From contig NW_026515692.1 in NCBI RefSeq assembly GCF_025526975.1, positions 186,001-250,000 of the forward strand: a stretch of DNA of 64,000 nucleotides, read 5' to 3'. The stretch is from Fimicolochytrium jonesii (lineage: Eukaryota). Of this stretch, positions 23,400-36,619 are shown piece after piece. The first letter of the stretch is position 1; the number at the start of each line of letters is the position of its first letter. The notes beneath the pieces were generated by a model, which was not told the origin of the DNA, did no database searches, and saw only the letters and a program-made list of their open reading frames with translations. The translations under genes and the position numbers were made by a program.

Positions 23400-24500
23400 T
23401 GTTGGAGATATGATCCTCCTGAGTCCCCGGTTAGGGTTCCCGGAGTTTATCTCCCCACTTGACTTCCCTCCCGCTTACGCCGCGCTTCCGCGTACGGGAC
23501 TTCATCCTTTTCTTACTTCTCAGACCTCGCGTCCTTTTTCTACTTCAGACAACACTGTATAACTTCTTATACGATATAGGGCTTCGTCTTCCCATTACAT
23601 AGAGTTCACTCATAGTCCGCTCTCCTCTGCCAGCTACCGCTAAGTGGTTATGAGCCCTGGCTTTGCCCGCAACTCGCGTACGAATCAGGACAAAGAACTC
23701 ACGGTCTCCCATTGCCGGTTCCCTCAGTAAGCACCATGCTACCTAAGCATTCAACAAACCAAACTCAGAAAGCAGTATGTTAAATCTGCTGCATTAGCAG
23801 CCGGGAAGCCCTCCGCTCCCAATACGCGCTCTCAAGGGAGAGCTCTCCTGGATCCACTGCCGCCAGCTACTAGAGGAGGAGGAAAGAAAGTTCAAACCGC
23901 TGTTAAGAGTTCTGAATCTATCAATTGGCGCTCTGGCATTCACTCACGTACTCCGCCTATTCAAGGCGTACCCCGTCATGTCCAACAACAAAGCGAACCA
24001 ACACCTACCCCGCCTCACAATATGCCTGGTCGATTTGTGGATGAAAGGAAGAGGAAGGAGGAGTTTTCTGCGACTATTGCAGAGTTGAAAGACGCAACCA
24101 CGCCTTATGTGGATGCGCCCAAATCGCGCAGACCAGCGGAAACCGGAAACAACCCCTTCCTGATGGACCCAACTATGGATCCCAATCAGGAAGAACCTAT
24201 TCCTATCAAGCAGGAAGACAGGCTACTTCGTCTGGAAGACCAAATAGCCAATTTAGCTGGATTGGTTACCTCTTTCTTGGATCAGGACCGAGCGCCTCAA
24301 CAAGGCGGACCTACCGTCCCCTCCATGAACCCGCTCACTCAATCGCCAGTAATCAGCACTCGTTTTAATTACTCGGCTAGCCCAATGCCGGCCAATTCGC
24401 CATATGTGACTCCGTTGTCACCGGCACCCCATGCGCCTCCTGAGCACGCTGCGGCTTACACCGTCCCATATTCTTATCAAGCCCTGGAATGGCAGCCATA

Positions 24501-25861
24501 CAGTCAGTGGACATAAAGCTGTGTGCATGCCAGATTAAGTCAGTGTCTGACGCGCGTTGCGCGACATCAACTCATTATCCTTAATCTTGGGCATTGCGAA
24601 ACCTGACCTATGAATGGATCTAGATCTGAATTTCGCTAATACCTAGTTGTCCCCCCATTGGCTGCGATTACGGCTGCCATTCTTGATGGCATTGACCGGG
24701 TCAATGCATCAAGATGCGGCTGCATTGTGGGCCATATAGTTTGCACAACGTTGTCCAACATTCCAGGGGTAGGGTTCGCTTTCGATACCTTCCTTTTGAG
24801 CATTGCCCACAGATTCTCAATCGGATTGAGATCTGGACTCTCCGCTGGCCAGGGAAGAAGCTCGATGCCGTGTTCATCAAAGAACTGTCGAGTTTCAGCT
24901 GATGTATGAATAGACATGTTGTCCTGCATGAAGAGAGGATTGGGCAGAAAACTCTCAAGATTCCGCCACATCGGCAACATGTTAGCAGTAAGATGTTGCA
25001 CATAGGCAGTAAAGTTAATCCCTTCACGGTTTTGACCCTCTCGCTGAACACGCTGCATCTCTTTCATTGGACCTACTGCATTTCCAATGAATGCTCCCCA
25101 GTACATGAATGTTTTTCGTCCACTCTTCCTGGTGCCCTGGATGCAATCGGAATGAAAACGTTCAGTTCGTAAGCGCCAGCACCGCATTTTAGGTACCCAG
25201 CCAATTTCAAAGGACGTCTCATCAGTCCAGAAAACACGAGACCAGTCCGCTTCCGTCCAGTCTTGGTGCTGCAGCGCAAATGCAAGGCGTGCTGCTCAAT
25301 GGTCCTCTGTCAATAGTGGCTTTCGGACCTTGAAGCGCGAGGTGAGATAAAGCAGGTCCCGCAGGTAGCGACGCACTGTTTTTGGGGACACTTGGAGTCC
25401 GGTGAGCTGTGTGAATTCAGAAGTGATCTGTTTTAGTGTTTTCTCCCAAGTGCTACTGTCAGCAACAACAATGCGGAAGGCAGCCAAATCATCGTCAGAA
25501 GGCTGGTACTTAGCTGGTCTTCCTGTTGGCTTCTTCGATTGATAGGAGGTTGGTGCAGTGGCACCCTCGTTTGCAAGCCTCTTAATAGTGTTCCTCACAG
25601 TATTCCTGTGAACGTGCCCCTGCCTTGCAATTTGAGATGTCGTCTTGCCTGCTATATGGAGGGCAACTATGGCTGCCCTTTTTTGTGGTGTGAGAGGTTT
25701 CCCCATAGCTGAGGTGGTGAAGATGTTGGCGTGCATTTCGCCATCACCGCTTTGTCGCTGGCTTCAATACTCAAGCTTGCGGCTCGAAAACGCGCTGTGC
25801 GCTTTGTGAAACGGTCATCGAAATCCATATGGGGTGCACACAGCTCTTTGTCCACTGACTG
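24501..25861 (-). mobile_element. Full-length Tc1 (DD34E) transposon, 1361 bp, TA target duplication
   Basis: 27-bp TIRs CAGTCAGTGGACA(TA/AAG)..GCTGTGTGCA with 2 mismatches; TA at 24499-24500 and 25862-25863. Confidence 0.95.
24636..25706 (-). pseudogene. Tc1 transposase with one in-frame TGA (25296-25298)
   Basis: HTH N-terminus, WTDE, QDN and SPDLNPIENLW, with 34 residues between the second D and the E. Confidence 0.93.
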
Positions 25862-27883
25862 TACATGCAAACAACTTCTCAAGTCCCTGCTTTCCCTGAA
25901 ATTCCTCAAGAAAGTGAACCTCTGAGACCAGTTACTCCCGTAACGTCCCCTACGGCCGGCAAATCACCATCCAAGGTCTTCGCTAACAGTACACTCAGTA
26001 AACTCGGCACCTACATTGGTGAAGCCAACGTTGCCAAGCTACAAGTGTTCATCGATCACGTCGACATGATTATGAAGTATCAGATGATTTGACCTTCCAA
26101 ATGCATAGACTACGTCATCAACACGCTCACTGGATCTGCTATCCAGTGGTGGGAAAGCCTTCGCGAAGTCGACCGCTCTTCCATTATTTCATGGCACGAT
26201 ATTCAAGACGTCTATGGACTGCCTCCTCGACCCGGACTACGCTCCGCGATGTTAGGTCGCTTCATTCCCCGCACTCATTTGCCGCAAGTTCTTAACAGGC
26301 TGCGCGCACTGATGCCCAGGTCCATTAACCATCAAAGTTCAACCAAATTCGTTGCCCAGTTCAACCTTTTGGCTGGACAACTCCCTGGGCTCCCGGAATC
26401 CGTGCTCCGTGCCGATTTCCTTCAAGCTCTACCCAAGAATCTGAGTACCCAGATCAACTGCCCAGGAAGAATATGACGATCATCTTCGTCTTTCTCAACA
26501 AGCTGCTATCCGTATAGCCACCCAGATCAACGAGAAGACCCCGAGTATGCCTCAGTCGGGCGCATCCGCTGCCCACGTTACTTCCACTCTACCTCAGAAG
26601 AAGAACAACAAATCCAAGACTGGCGGCTCTAGAGGCAACCCCTCTACCCAATCCTCGTCTTCTGACGCAACCAAGAAGCCTCCCCGGTGCAAATACTGCC
26701 AAAGGGACGGCCACAAGTCGGAAAACTGCTTTACTTACAAAGCTGTCAAGGATATCATGGACAAGAACGCGAAAACCAAGCAGGACGCACCCGCTGCAGC
26801 CTCCATGGCTTATGCCATGCACGTTCAAGTCCAACCGACCAACCACGTTGTCCGCCTCTTCAAGGCAAATGTGGATCCCGGTTGTACAGGTCATATGACC
26901 CACTATATCAAGGATTTAGATCCATCTTCTCTTCAAGACTACCAACGCCTTATTGGACTCGCGGATTCTACTACCATTACTTCCCAGAAGAAGGGCACCG
27001 TATCCAACCAATGTATGTCAGGCGGCAACACGCCCCCTCTGTGCGATGTGTTATTGGTTCCGGGTCTTACCCAGCCTCTTATATTAGTCGCTAAATGCAC
27101 TGATAACGGCATCACCATCTCCTTTCATCCCACCGACGTCGTTGCGTTCAACACCGACACCGAATTACTCGCAATGGGAATCCGCCAAGGCGAGGCGTAT
27201 ATTTCGAGTGACGGGTTACTACATTCGAACCCAATGCACATGCACTGATTGAATCCTTAGGTAGCATGGTGCTTACTGAGGGAACCGGCGCCGGGAGACC
27301 GTGAGTTTGTTATCCTGATTCCTACGCAAGTTGCATGCGAACCCAGGGCTCATAACCACTTAGCGGTAGCTGGCAGAGGAGAGCGGACTATGTGTGAACT
27401 CTATGTAATGGGGAGACGAAGCCCTATATTGTATAAGAAGTTATACAGTGTTGTCTGGAGTAGAAAGAGGACGCGAGGTTTGAGAAGTAAAAAAAGGGTG
27501 AAGTCCCATACTCAGAAGCATGGCGTAAGCGGGAGGGAAATCACGTGGGGAGATAAACTATGGGAACCCTAACCGGGGACTTGGGAGGATGATACCTCCA
27601 ACACCCCAACTCAAACTCACGAGTCTATCTAAGGGAAAGATAAATCAAACAATATGTTCAATGGTGCGGCCGTACGCGAAAAGCGGGCGGTCGGGGGGAT
27701 GAATGGCTATGCCTAAAATGAAAGGAAATGAAAGAGAGAAATGAAAGAAGGGGGGGGGGGGGGGGGGAGGGAGGATGACGCCGCAAGTATAAAACAAGAG
27801 ACAGCTGTCAGTTGCCCCAGAGAGCTCAGACCAACGTGCCCATACTCAACCTCAGTATCCGAGACAATCAGTCGATATGCAAA

Positions 27884-28525
27884 ATGATGGCGAACAGGGG
27901 CAAGAAAGACGGGAACGGAAAGACGAGCGGCAATGGAAAGGACGGCAAGAAGAAGAAGCAGACAGCCTGCAAGTCGGGGAAGCCGAGTCCTCCAGCTGTA
28001 CCTCCGCCGGGACCCTCAGTACCGACTACGCCCTCAACCCGCGCATCCTCCGCAGCGGCCGCAAGTTAGTCGTCCATGTTGTCCTCCCGTGTGAGAGAAG
28101 CTCTGCGACTAGCAACCGAAAGGACAACTACGAGAATCTAGCGAAACATCTGGCGACTACCCACGCGAGGGTCCAGAGATCAAAGAAGAAGAAGGGGTCT
28201 TTCGAGGCTTTGATGGATAAGGTGGACTACCTGGGTTGCAAGGCAGTGTCGGAGTCGAGGTATACGAGTAAGGGGCATATCAAAGGAAAAGGCAAAGGAA
28301 GCAAAGTGCCGCAGCGACGCAGCCAAGCGAAACAAGAGGTATAAACTGAAGAAACAACTTGCATACTTAAAGAAGCACATGGAGGAGTCGTCCTCGGAAG
28401 TTGAGAGTGACGGGGATGGAAACGGTGGGGGCACTTGTTCAGGTGCTCCGCCTGGAGGAGGCGGAGCCGGAGGAGGAGGAGCTCCCGGTGCCGGGGCAGC
28501 AGCGACTATCACGGTGGCAGGTTAA
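27884..28525 (+). pseudogene. Antisense accessory ORF of Copia-A, decayed copy
   Basis: Translates with stops and frameshifts into a homolog of 40716-41369; TATAAAA at 27788-27794. Confidence 0.7.
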
Positions 28526-29994
28526 GGTGCCGAAGTCGTATGTAGTGCCCAGAAGCCGTCCCGGTATGGGTGTGCCGTATGTCTCATTTGGACGTAGTCG
28601 TTGCCGGCTGTCTATTGCTAGCGACACGTCCTTCTTGAATTGCTTGAATAAATTTCGTATGTGTCTTGGGAGGAAAAGGCTTTGTAAAGTAATCAGCCAG
28701 TTGTTTCTGCGTCGCAGTGTCGAGGAGTACGACGTCTTTCTTCGCCACGCAGTCGCATAGCTTGTGGTAGCGTATGTCATTGTGTTTGGAGCATTGAGTA
28801 ATAGCCGTGGAGTTGGCAATCTTGCGTGCGCTCTGAGTGTCGATGTAGAGTGGCGTGGGGTCCTTGATGTTGCCGTATTTGTCGCCGAAGACCTCTGCGA
28901 TGATCGAGCGTAGCCAGATGACCTGGTTGTAACCGAGGGCTGCGGCGATATACTCAGCTTCCGTGGAGCTGAGAGCCACGCACTTCTCCTTGGTGCTTTT
29001 CCAGTAGATAAGCTGGCCGTTGAAGAAGTTGGTGATGGCCGCGGTAGATTTGCGGTCGTTGACAACGTCTGCGTAGGATGCGTCCGTATAGACGCGAAGT
29101 CCAGCTTGATCTGAATGACCGGACTTGTAGGTAAGCTCGAAGGTGCGGGTACCTTTGAGGTAGCGCATGATGCGAAGTACATCATTCCAGTCGGCTTGGT
29201 TAGGAGCTGAGACTTGACGTGTGACGAAGCCGACGGCAGTTGAAATATCCCAGCGCCAGGTAATGGATGCCCACATGAGGGCCCCCACTGCTTCCTGGTA
29301 GAGAGGCTTGTTGGGGAAAGGGGGACTTGCAGAGGCGGGTCGGGTACGCGCGGAGACGACGCACGGCGTAGAGGCCGGGGTAGCATTTTGTTGTCCAAAT
29401 CGTTCGAGTAAACCGTCGATATAGATAACATTGCTGATTTTGAGTTGGTTCCCAGACGGCGAGAGCTGGTAATCGAAGACAAGACCCAGACAGTTCTTGA
29501 TGGGACCGAGATCCGTACAGTTGAAATGAGAACATAGTTCACCTTTCACTTGTTTGACGTGTACGGGAAAGCAGCAGGCGATGAAATCGTCCACATAGAT
29601 AAGGAGCATCTGGAGGGCGTCCAGAGTGCGCGTCGTTGTCGCATAGCGATAGAAGACGCAAGGGCAGTTCTTTAACGGGGTAAAGCCGAGAGAACTGAGG
29701 GCTTCGCGAAGAGTACGGTACCAGAGAAGCGGAGACTGCTTCAGACCGTATAGAGCCTTGCGAAGGAGGTATACCCAGTCTCCGCGCGGTTTGCGGGGTC
29801 TCTATAGCCTTGAAATTGTTCAACATAGACGGGACTGTCGATGTGGCTGCATAAGAATGCGTTGGGGACATCAAGTTGATGAATCTCCATACCGAGAGAG
29901 ACGGCAATGGCAAGGAATAGGCGTAGAACGGACATGGGTAGGGTTGGAGCGTAGGTGTCGATATAATCAATACCTTTCGTTTGTCGAAAGCCTT

Positions 29995-32900
29995 TATTTA
30001 GATAGCATCAAGATGCGGCACTTAGAAGGCCCTGCAACACTTAGGACGCGTCTTGGGAGGCTCTGAAGATGTCTGGACCGTTTCCCAGACATCCAGGCAT
30101 CAGCACTGCGCTTTCATGATGTTCTTAGAGCTCATAGCGGTCCGTAGTGCCCGTATGGAGCTGTGATCGGGTTGTAGTATGTAGGTCTGGCTTGATTGAG
30201 CTTGTGGTAGCCTGTAGCACCTTCCGCGGACTCGGCAGACGCCCATGGGGCATCAGCAGGTACCTGTGAGGCTACACAGACTTTTCAAAACCTTACAAAC
30301 CTTACCAACCTTAACTGCGGCACTCAGAGACGCCTTGGGCGTTCTGAGGGGGTTTCAGAGGGTGCTTTGGAAGCCCCAGCACATAGCTAAATCCCCAAGA
30401 AAGAAGCCCCAGATTCCTATAAAAGGCAGACCTGTTGCCCATCCCCGCTCTTCACTTTATCCTCTTCAATACACAACTTTCTATCGCACTACTCTAGCTA
30501 CAGTACTGTCGTTTACATCACAACAATGCCCTTTAGGCAGCTACGTCTCTCAGTCATCGGCGAACCAGTCTTGGTGACCTCTCAGATACACCTATATCAG
30601 CTAATGTTTCAATAGGTTATGAGCCCTGAGCTTTATCACCACTAAAACCGTCTTTGCCAATCCTATTCAAGACGTTCCCAACCCCCTACGGACGCTACCT
30701 ACGCTCTACCCTCGACATATCCTTCCAAAAACACCAATTTTCGACAGAAAACGTACCAAAGTGCTCAACTCGACAAGATACGCACTACTTGACACTCAAA
30801 ACGCGTCCAACGATATACCATCATCCAAAACGTGTCCAAACACTCGAACAGATGAATTTAGCTCGAACACACAATGGCTGGAGACTCAGAGACTTTGAAA
30901 CTTATGGTGGATAAGTTCACTGGGGAGAACTACCATCTATGGAAGTTTAGGTTGATGATGATGTTGAAGGCGAAGGGACTTTGGGTGGCAGTGGAAGCTG
31001 GGAAGTAGGAGAAGGAAGGAGATACGGCTACAGCAAGCCCGTCGAAGGGAAAGGGGGCTGAAGGAGAGGAGGAGGAGTCGATGGAGAGGAAGGACAAGAG
31101 AGCTTTGGCATACATCTGCCTCAGTCTGAACGACACTCAGCTTATGCGTGTGCATACAGCTCAGACGGCTTGGGAAGCCTGGTCTAAGCTAGCTGAGGTG
31201 CACCAACGAGAGGGGCACGCCATCAAGCTCTTCCTACGTCGAAAGTTCCTTACCATCACTATCAACGAGTTAGATTCCATCACAAACCACATCAACGAAG
31301 TCAGACAGCTTGCACAACAGCTGGAGGCTATTGGTGCACCAGTACCCAAACACAAAATCATGACCACCTTGATATACAGCTTACCAAACAGCTACAAACA
31401 AGTTATCACGAGCCTCGAAAGCAGGGCAGACGACTTAGACATGGAGTTCTTGACAGCCAGACTTCTGAAAGAAGAAGCTAGGCGCAAGGAGAACTGAAAC
31501 CAGTCAGATCGACTGGAAATGCCGTCGTTCGGGACGGGGGACACCAGCAGGAGGCAGGGGGTTCAGCCAGGTTCGCCAGGAAGAAGGGAAAGTGCCATCA
31601 CTGTGGCATTGAAGGGCATTGGAAGAACGAGTGCAAGAAGCTCAAACGAGAGCTAGCTCAAGCCAACAATGCGAATCAAGCTAAACCACACCAGGCCAGC
31701 CAGGGAACCGGCTTCCTCGTCATGGCAGCTATGAAACGCACGGAAATCAGCCCAGAGTGCTGGATTATCGATTCAGGAGCCTCCTCGCACATGACACACG
31801 TCAGGGGATGGCGCCGGATGACAAGACGCTGGAAACCGAGATCCAGGTCCAGCTAGCTGACAACCGTTCAGTCCTAGCCACCGGAACAGGGTCCATCTCG
31901 ATCAGAACACACGGGGAGCATGCTGGCACCCTTCAAAACATCTGGTTCATTCCCAACCTGGAAAAGGACCTCATCTCAGTAGCCCAGCGGACTAAGAACG
32001 GAGCAGAAGTCGTGTTCTCGAGTGCAGAGTGCACAATCAAGACCAGGGACGGTGCTCTTGCCTTCAGAGCTCTCAAGGAGAATGGCCTGTACACCATGAC
32101 AGCCCAGGCTATCCCTGGACACGCCTACTCAGCAGGAGCACTTTGTAGCACACCCTTTCATATCTGGCATCAGAGAGTCGGTCATCTGAATGCCCAAGAC
32201 GTCCAGAAGCTCACCAACGGCTACCAACGTGACATCAGAGTCACCGGACATCCTGATGGCCACATCTGCGAAGTCTGCACGCTCTCCAAGCAGTCCAGCG
32301 CTCCCTTCCCGAAGAAACAAGCTACCCGAGCCACAGAAGTCCTGGCACTCGTCCACACTGACCTCTGTGGCCCCATGAGGACGTCAACCTCTGGGGGATG
32401 TATCTACTTCGCATCATGGATTACTGACAAGTCCAGAATCGTCCAGGTCAAGCTCCTACGCAAGAAAAGCGATACCTTTGATGCCTGGGAGGAATACAAG
32501 GCTCTTTTGGAGAAACAGACTGGGAAATCAATCAAAGTCCCCCGATCGGACAAAGGAGGCGAATACGAATCCATCCAATTCGCCCTTGCACTCAGAAAGG
32601 CTGGAATCCAACACCAGCACGCCGCTACCGACACCCCACAGCAAAATGGAGTAGCGGAACATATGAATCGAACTCTAGTCGAAATGGCACGCTGCCTACT
32701 CACCCAGGCTGGTCTCGGACATGAATCCTGGGGCGACGCTCTGCTTGCAGCTGTCCACATTCGAAATCGTTGCCCTTCGGCTGCCCTAGACAACTTCAAG
32801 ACGCCATATGAAGCCTTCTTCGGTCGCAAGCCCCTCCTCCTTCATCTCAGAGTGTTTGGATGTATAGCCTATGCTATGGTTCTCACGAAAAACTGAGGAA

Positions 32901-35603
32901 AACTGCACAACAAAGCCAAGAAGTGCCTCTCTCTCGGTTATCGCTCTTCCAGCAAAGCCTGGAGGCTCCAGTCACTCGAACCCGACGATCAGGGCGCCAT
33001 TATCGAATCAAGAGATGTCCAGTTCAATGAAAACAAGTTCTACAACAGCCTGGACAACGAGGATACGCATGAAGACACGTCAGATCGCTCCTATGACAGC
33101 TTAGCGAGCTTTGAATTCGATCCTGAGCCTGACAGCATCGTTTCGCACGCACCCAAGCCCACAGACAACACCGAATTGCGCCCGCACGCTGCAGAGGGGG
33201 ATTTTGTGCCCCCTGGCGCATCTCCCAACCCACAACCTGACACTGATCAATGGGCAGAGGCCCCAGAGGACCTAGACGACCAGGAAGCCCAGGAAGATGA
33301 CGATTTGGTGCATTACAGACGCATCAGACGCTCCCAGAGCACTCGAGTACGCCAAAGCAACCTTGCCTATGCCCTGGCTACCGAAGTACTGCACACAGAG
33401 CCCAAAACCCTCAAGCAAGCTCTAAACTCGAACGACTCAGCCAAGTGGAAGAAAGCCATGGATGCTGAATACGCATCCCTCGTCAAGAAGGGCACCTGGT
33501 GGCTCTGTCCAGCACCCAAAGATCGCAACCTTGTCGGCTGCAAGTGGATTCAAAGATCAAGACGAACGCTGATGGCAGTATCCAACGCTACAAGGCCAGA
33601 CTAGTCCCCGAAGGCTTCTCACAAGAAGAGGGAGTTGACTCCAACGAAACATTCGCACTAGTGGCCAAGTTCGACACCATTTGGCTACTCCTGTTGTGGG
33701 GAGCAGCTGGACCAAATGGACGTATCCACCGCATTCCTGAACCCCACACTCAGTGAGGAGATCTATGTGAAGCAGCCACTGGGCTACATCAAGCCAGGAG
33801 AAGAGCATCTCGTGCTTAAACTCAAGAAGACACTCTATGGTCTTAAACAAGCCCCCAGGGAATGGAACATCGAAATCCACGGCACTCTCGTTGAGAAAGG
33901 CTTCACATGTCTTGATTCAGACCATTGCGTCTATATCAGATTCTTTGAGGGCTGGCTACTCATCATGATCCTCTATGTGACGATCTCATACTTACGAGCA
34001 ACAAGAGACTCGATCTTGACAACTTCAAGGCCAAGGAACTTCAGAAGGCGTACAAGATGAATGACCTTGGTGCCCTACACTACTACCTGGGCCTCCTAGT
34101 CACCCGAGACCGAGCCAAACGACTCCTGACACTCAACCAGACTGGGTACATCGAAATATGCCTTGAAGCATACGCCATGATCGATTGCAAGCCTGTATCG
34201 ACTCCCAGCGTTGTGGGAAGCCCTCTCACCAAGGAAATGGCACCTCAAACGCCTGAAGAGACTGCAGAGATGCAAGACAAGCCCTATCGAGCCATTGTAG
34301 GCAGTGTGACCTATGCAATGATCGGCACAAGACCATACATAGCCCAAGCAGTTGGAGCTGTGAGCCAGTTCTTAGCCAATCCAGGCAAAGGACACTGGAA
34401 AGCTGCCAAACGCATTCTGGCCTATCTCAAGACGACCAAACAGCACCAACTTCGACTGGGAGCGGTCCAAGGAACCCCCGAACTCGTAGGATGGTCAGAC
34501 TCAGACTGGGGAGGCTGCCCAGACACTCGGAGATCGACCGCAGGATACCTCTTCACCTTCGGCGGCCCAGTAAGCTGGAAATCACGCAAACAACGCACTA
34601 CAGCACTCTCCTCCACCGAAGGCAACCACATGGCACTCACTGACGCCTGTAAAGAAGCCATGTGGCTCAGATCTCTACTCAGAGAACTGAGCACGCACCA
34701 AGACAAGACAGAACTCGTCCAAGGCCCCAGAGTCCTCTGGTCAGACAACCAAGGAGCTATGGCACTCGCCACGAACCCAGTTCACCATGCACGAACCAAT
34801 CACATCGACATCAGATACCACTTCATTCGTGACCAAAACGCACACAAGACAGTTATCCTCCAGTACTGCCCAACAAAGGAGATGATAGCTGATGCGCTCA
34901 CCAAACCCCTCCCCATGCTGGACTTCACACGTCTAAGAGCTGCGATGCACTTAGAGGCTGCAGAGCCTTCAAGTGAGAGGGAGTATTGAGATAGCATCAA
35001 GCTGCGGCACTTAGAAGGCTCTGCAACACTTAGGACACGTCTTGGGAGGCTCTGAAGATGTCTGGCCCATTTCGCAGACATCCAGGCGTCAGCACTGCGC
35101 TTTCATGATGTTCTTAGAGCTCGTGGCGGTCAGTAGTGCCCGTATGGAGCTGTGATCGGGTTGTAGTATGTACATCTGGCTTGATTGAGCTTGTGGTAGC
35201 CTGTAGCACCTTCCGCGGACTTGGCAGACGCCCATGGGGCATCAGCAGGTACCTGTGAGGCTACACAGGCTTGGCAAAACCTTACAAACCTTACCAACCT
35301 TAACTGCGGCACTCAGAGACGCCTTGGGCGTTCTGAGGGGGTCTCAGAGGGTGCTTTGGACGCCCCAGCACATAGCTAAATCCCCAAGAAAGAAACCCCA
35401 GATTCCTATAAAAGGCAGACCTGTTGCCCATCCCCGCTCTTCACTTTATCCTCTTCAATACACAGCTTTCTATCGCACTACTCTAGCCACAGTACTGTCT
35501 TCTACAACACAACACTGCCCTTTGGGCAGCTACATCTCTCAGTCATCAGCTAACCAGTCTTAGTGACCTCTCAGATACACCTATATCAGCTAAGGTTTCA
35601 ATA
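29995..35603 (+). mobile_element. Full-length but decayed Copia-B element; 620-bp LTRs (29995-30614, 34984-35603); 5-bp TSD GCCTT
   Basis: TSD at 29990-29994 and 35604-35608; PBS GGTTATGAGCCCTG at 30615; PPT GAGAGGGAG before 34984. The LTRs differ at roughly 30 sites by eye (~95% identical). Confidence 0.97.
30873..34989 (+). pseudogene. Copia-B gag-pol (GAG-PR-IN-RT-RH) with multiple stops and frameshifts
   Basis: FTGENYHLWKF, CHHCGIEGHWKNEC, WIIDSGASSHM, WHQRVGH, VHTDLCGP, SDKGGEY, QNGVAE, LYGLKQAPREW, SDSDWGG and IADALTK. Confidence 0.95.
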
Positions 35604-36619
35604 GCCTTGAACGATGCCACGGCCCTTGAACTTCTTGAAAGTACCATCCGGGTTGAAGATTTGACAAAGTACCCAACTAGAACCGAGTAAGCGCTGATCG
35701 CTCGGACGGGGTACGCGCTCCCAAGTACCGTTGTCGATGAGAGCTTGGAACTCTTTATCAGCAGCGCGCTTAAAGTCGGCTGGTTGAGGGGAGGCCATTG
35801 CTTGGCGCCAGGTCATAGTGACAGATTGAGGGGTGTCCTCGGTACACGTGTTGAAGGCGCACGAGTAGCCCTCAATGGTTTGGGCGTGTAGAGCGGCTGG
35901 GCGAGTCTCCCAGATGTCCAACACTTCAGTCTCAATGAGATCAGAGCGTGGTTGCCAGGTAGGGGTAGTAAAACCAACCCACTTGACTGGGTATTCCTTT
36001 TGAGCGTTCTTTCCTTTACCAGGACGTCGGTTGAGGATGCGTTTGCTGGGGATGGCAAAGGACTCTGAGGAAAGGGAAAAGTCTTCTAAAATGTTGAGAA
36101 GAGCAAGATCCTGACAAAGGTGTTCAGTGAGGCAGTAGGTTCGTCGAAACAAACGTCACAGGAGACCGCAACAATGTCCCCTACTGGATCCCATTTGTAA
36201 TAACCATTGGTACCTTGATGGTGCACGTAGCCCACGAGGTATGTCCTTGTAGAGCGGGTGGCCATCTTGTCCCGGCCGTTGGGTGGGACGACCGTGTACG
36301 CAAGACAGCCAAGCTTGCGCAGATGCGCAACACTTGGGCGGCGCCCGATCAGGTATTTGAAACGCGATTTAGCGTCCGGTGATGCATTTGATTGCGGGTG
36401 TTTGTAAGATTTTGAGGGACATGCCAGTTTGATTCTTGAGCCACTTGTGAAAGATCATCAACCTTTCTTGAATAGTGGATGACTCTTTGTCTGTGATAGA
36501 GTAGGTACGGGCAAAATTGATGCCATCATCGAGGAACGCGAGACTGTAGGCTGTCCATCAATGCCAAAGATTCGAAAAGATCCTTGTAAATCGCTGTGTA
36601 TCAGCTCGCCAGGCTTGTT

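Larger units (their letters stand above)
23400..27246 (+). mobile_element. Copia-A copy, 5' half: LTR (23400-~23645), half-tRNA-iMet PBS, gag and protease; carries a Tc1 insertion
   Basis: Starts TGTTGGAG; PBS GGTTATGAGCCCTG at 23646. Removing Tc1 restores W-Q-P-Y-M-Q. Knuckle CKYCQRDGHKSENC; protease NVDPGCTGHM. Confidence 0.9.

Noticed and set aside
29995..35603. RIP-like hypermutation
   Set aside because: Several stops elsewhere are C-to-T, but the Copia-B LTR differences include many transversions and the TEs remain GC-rich.
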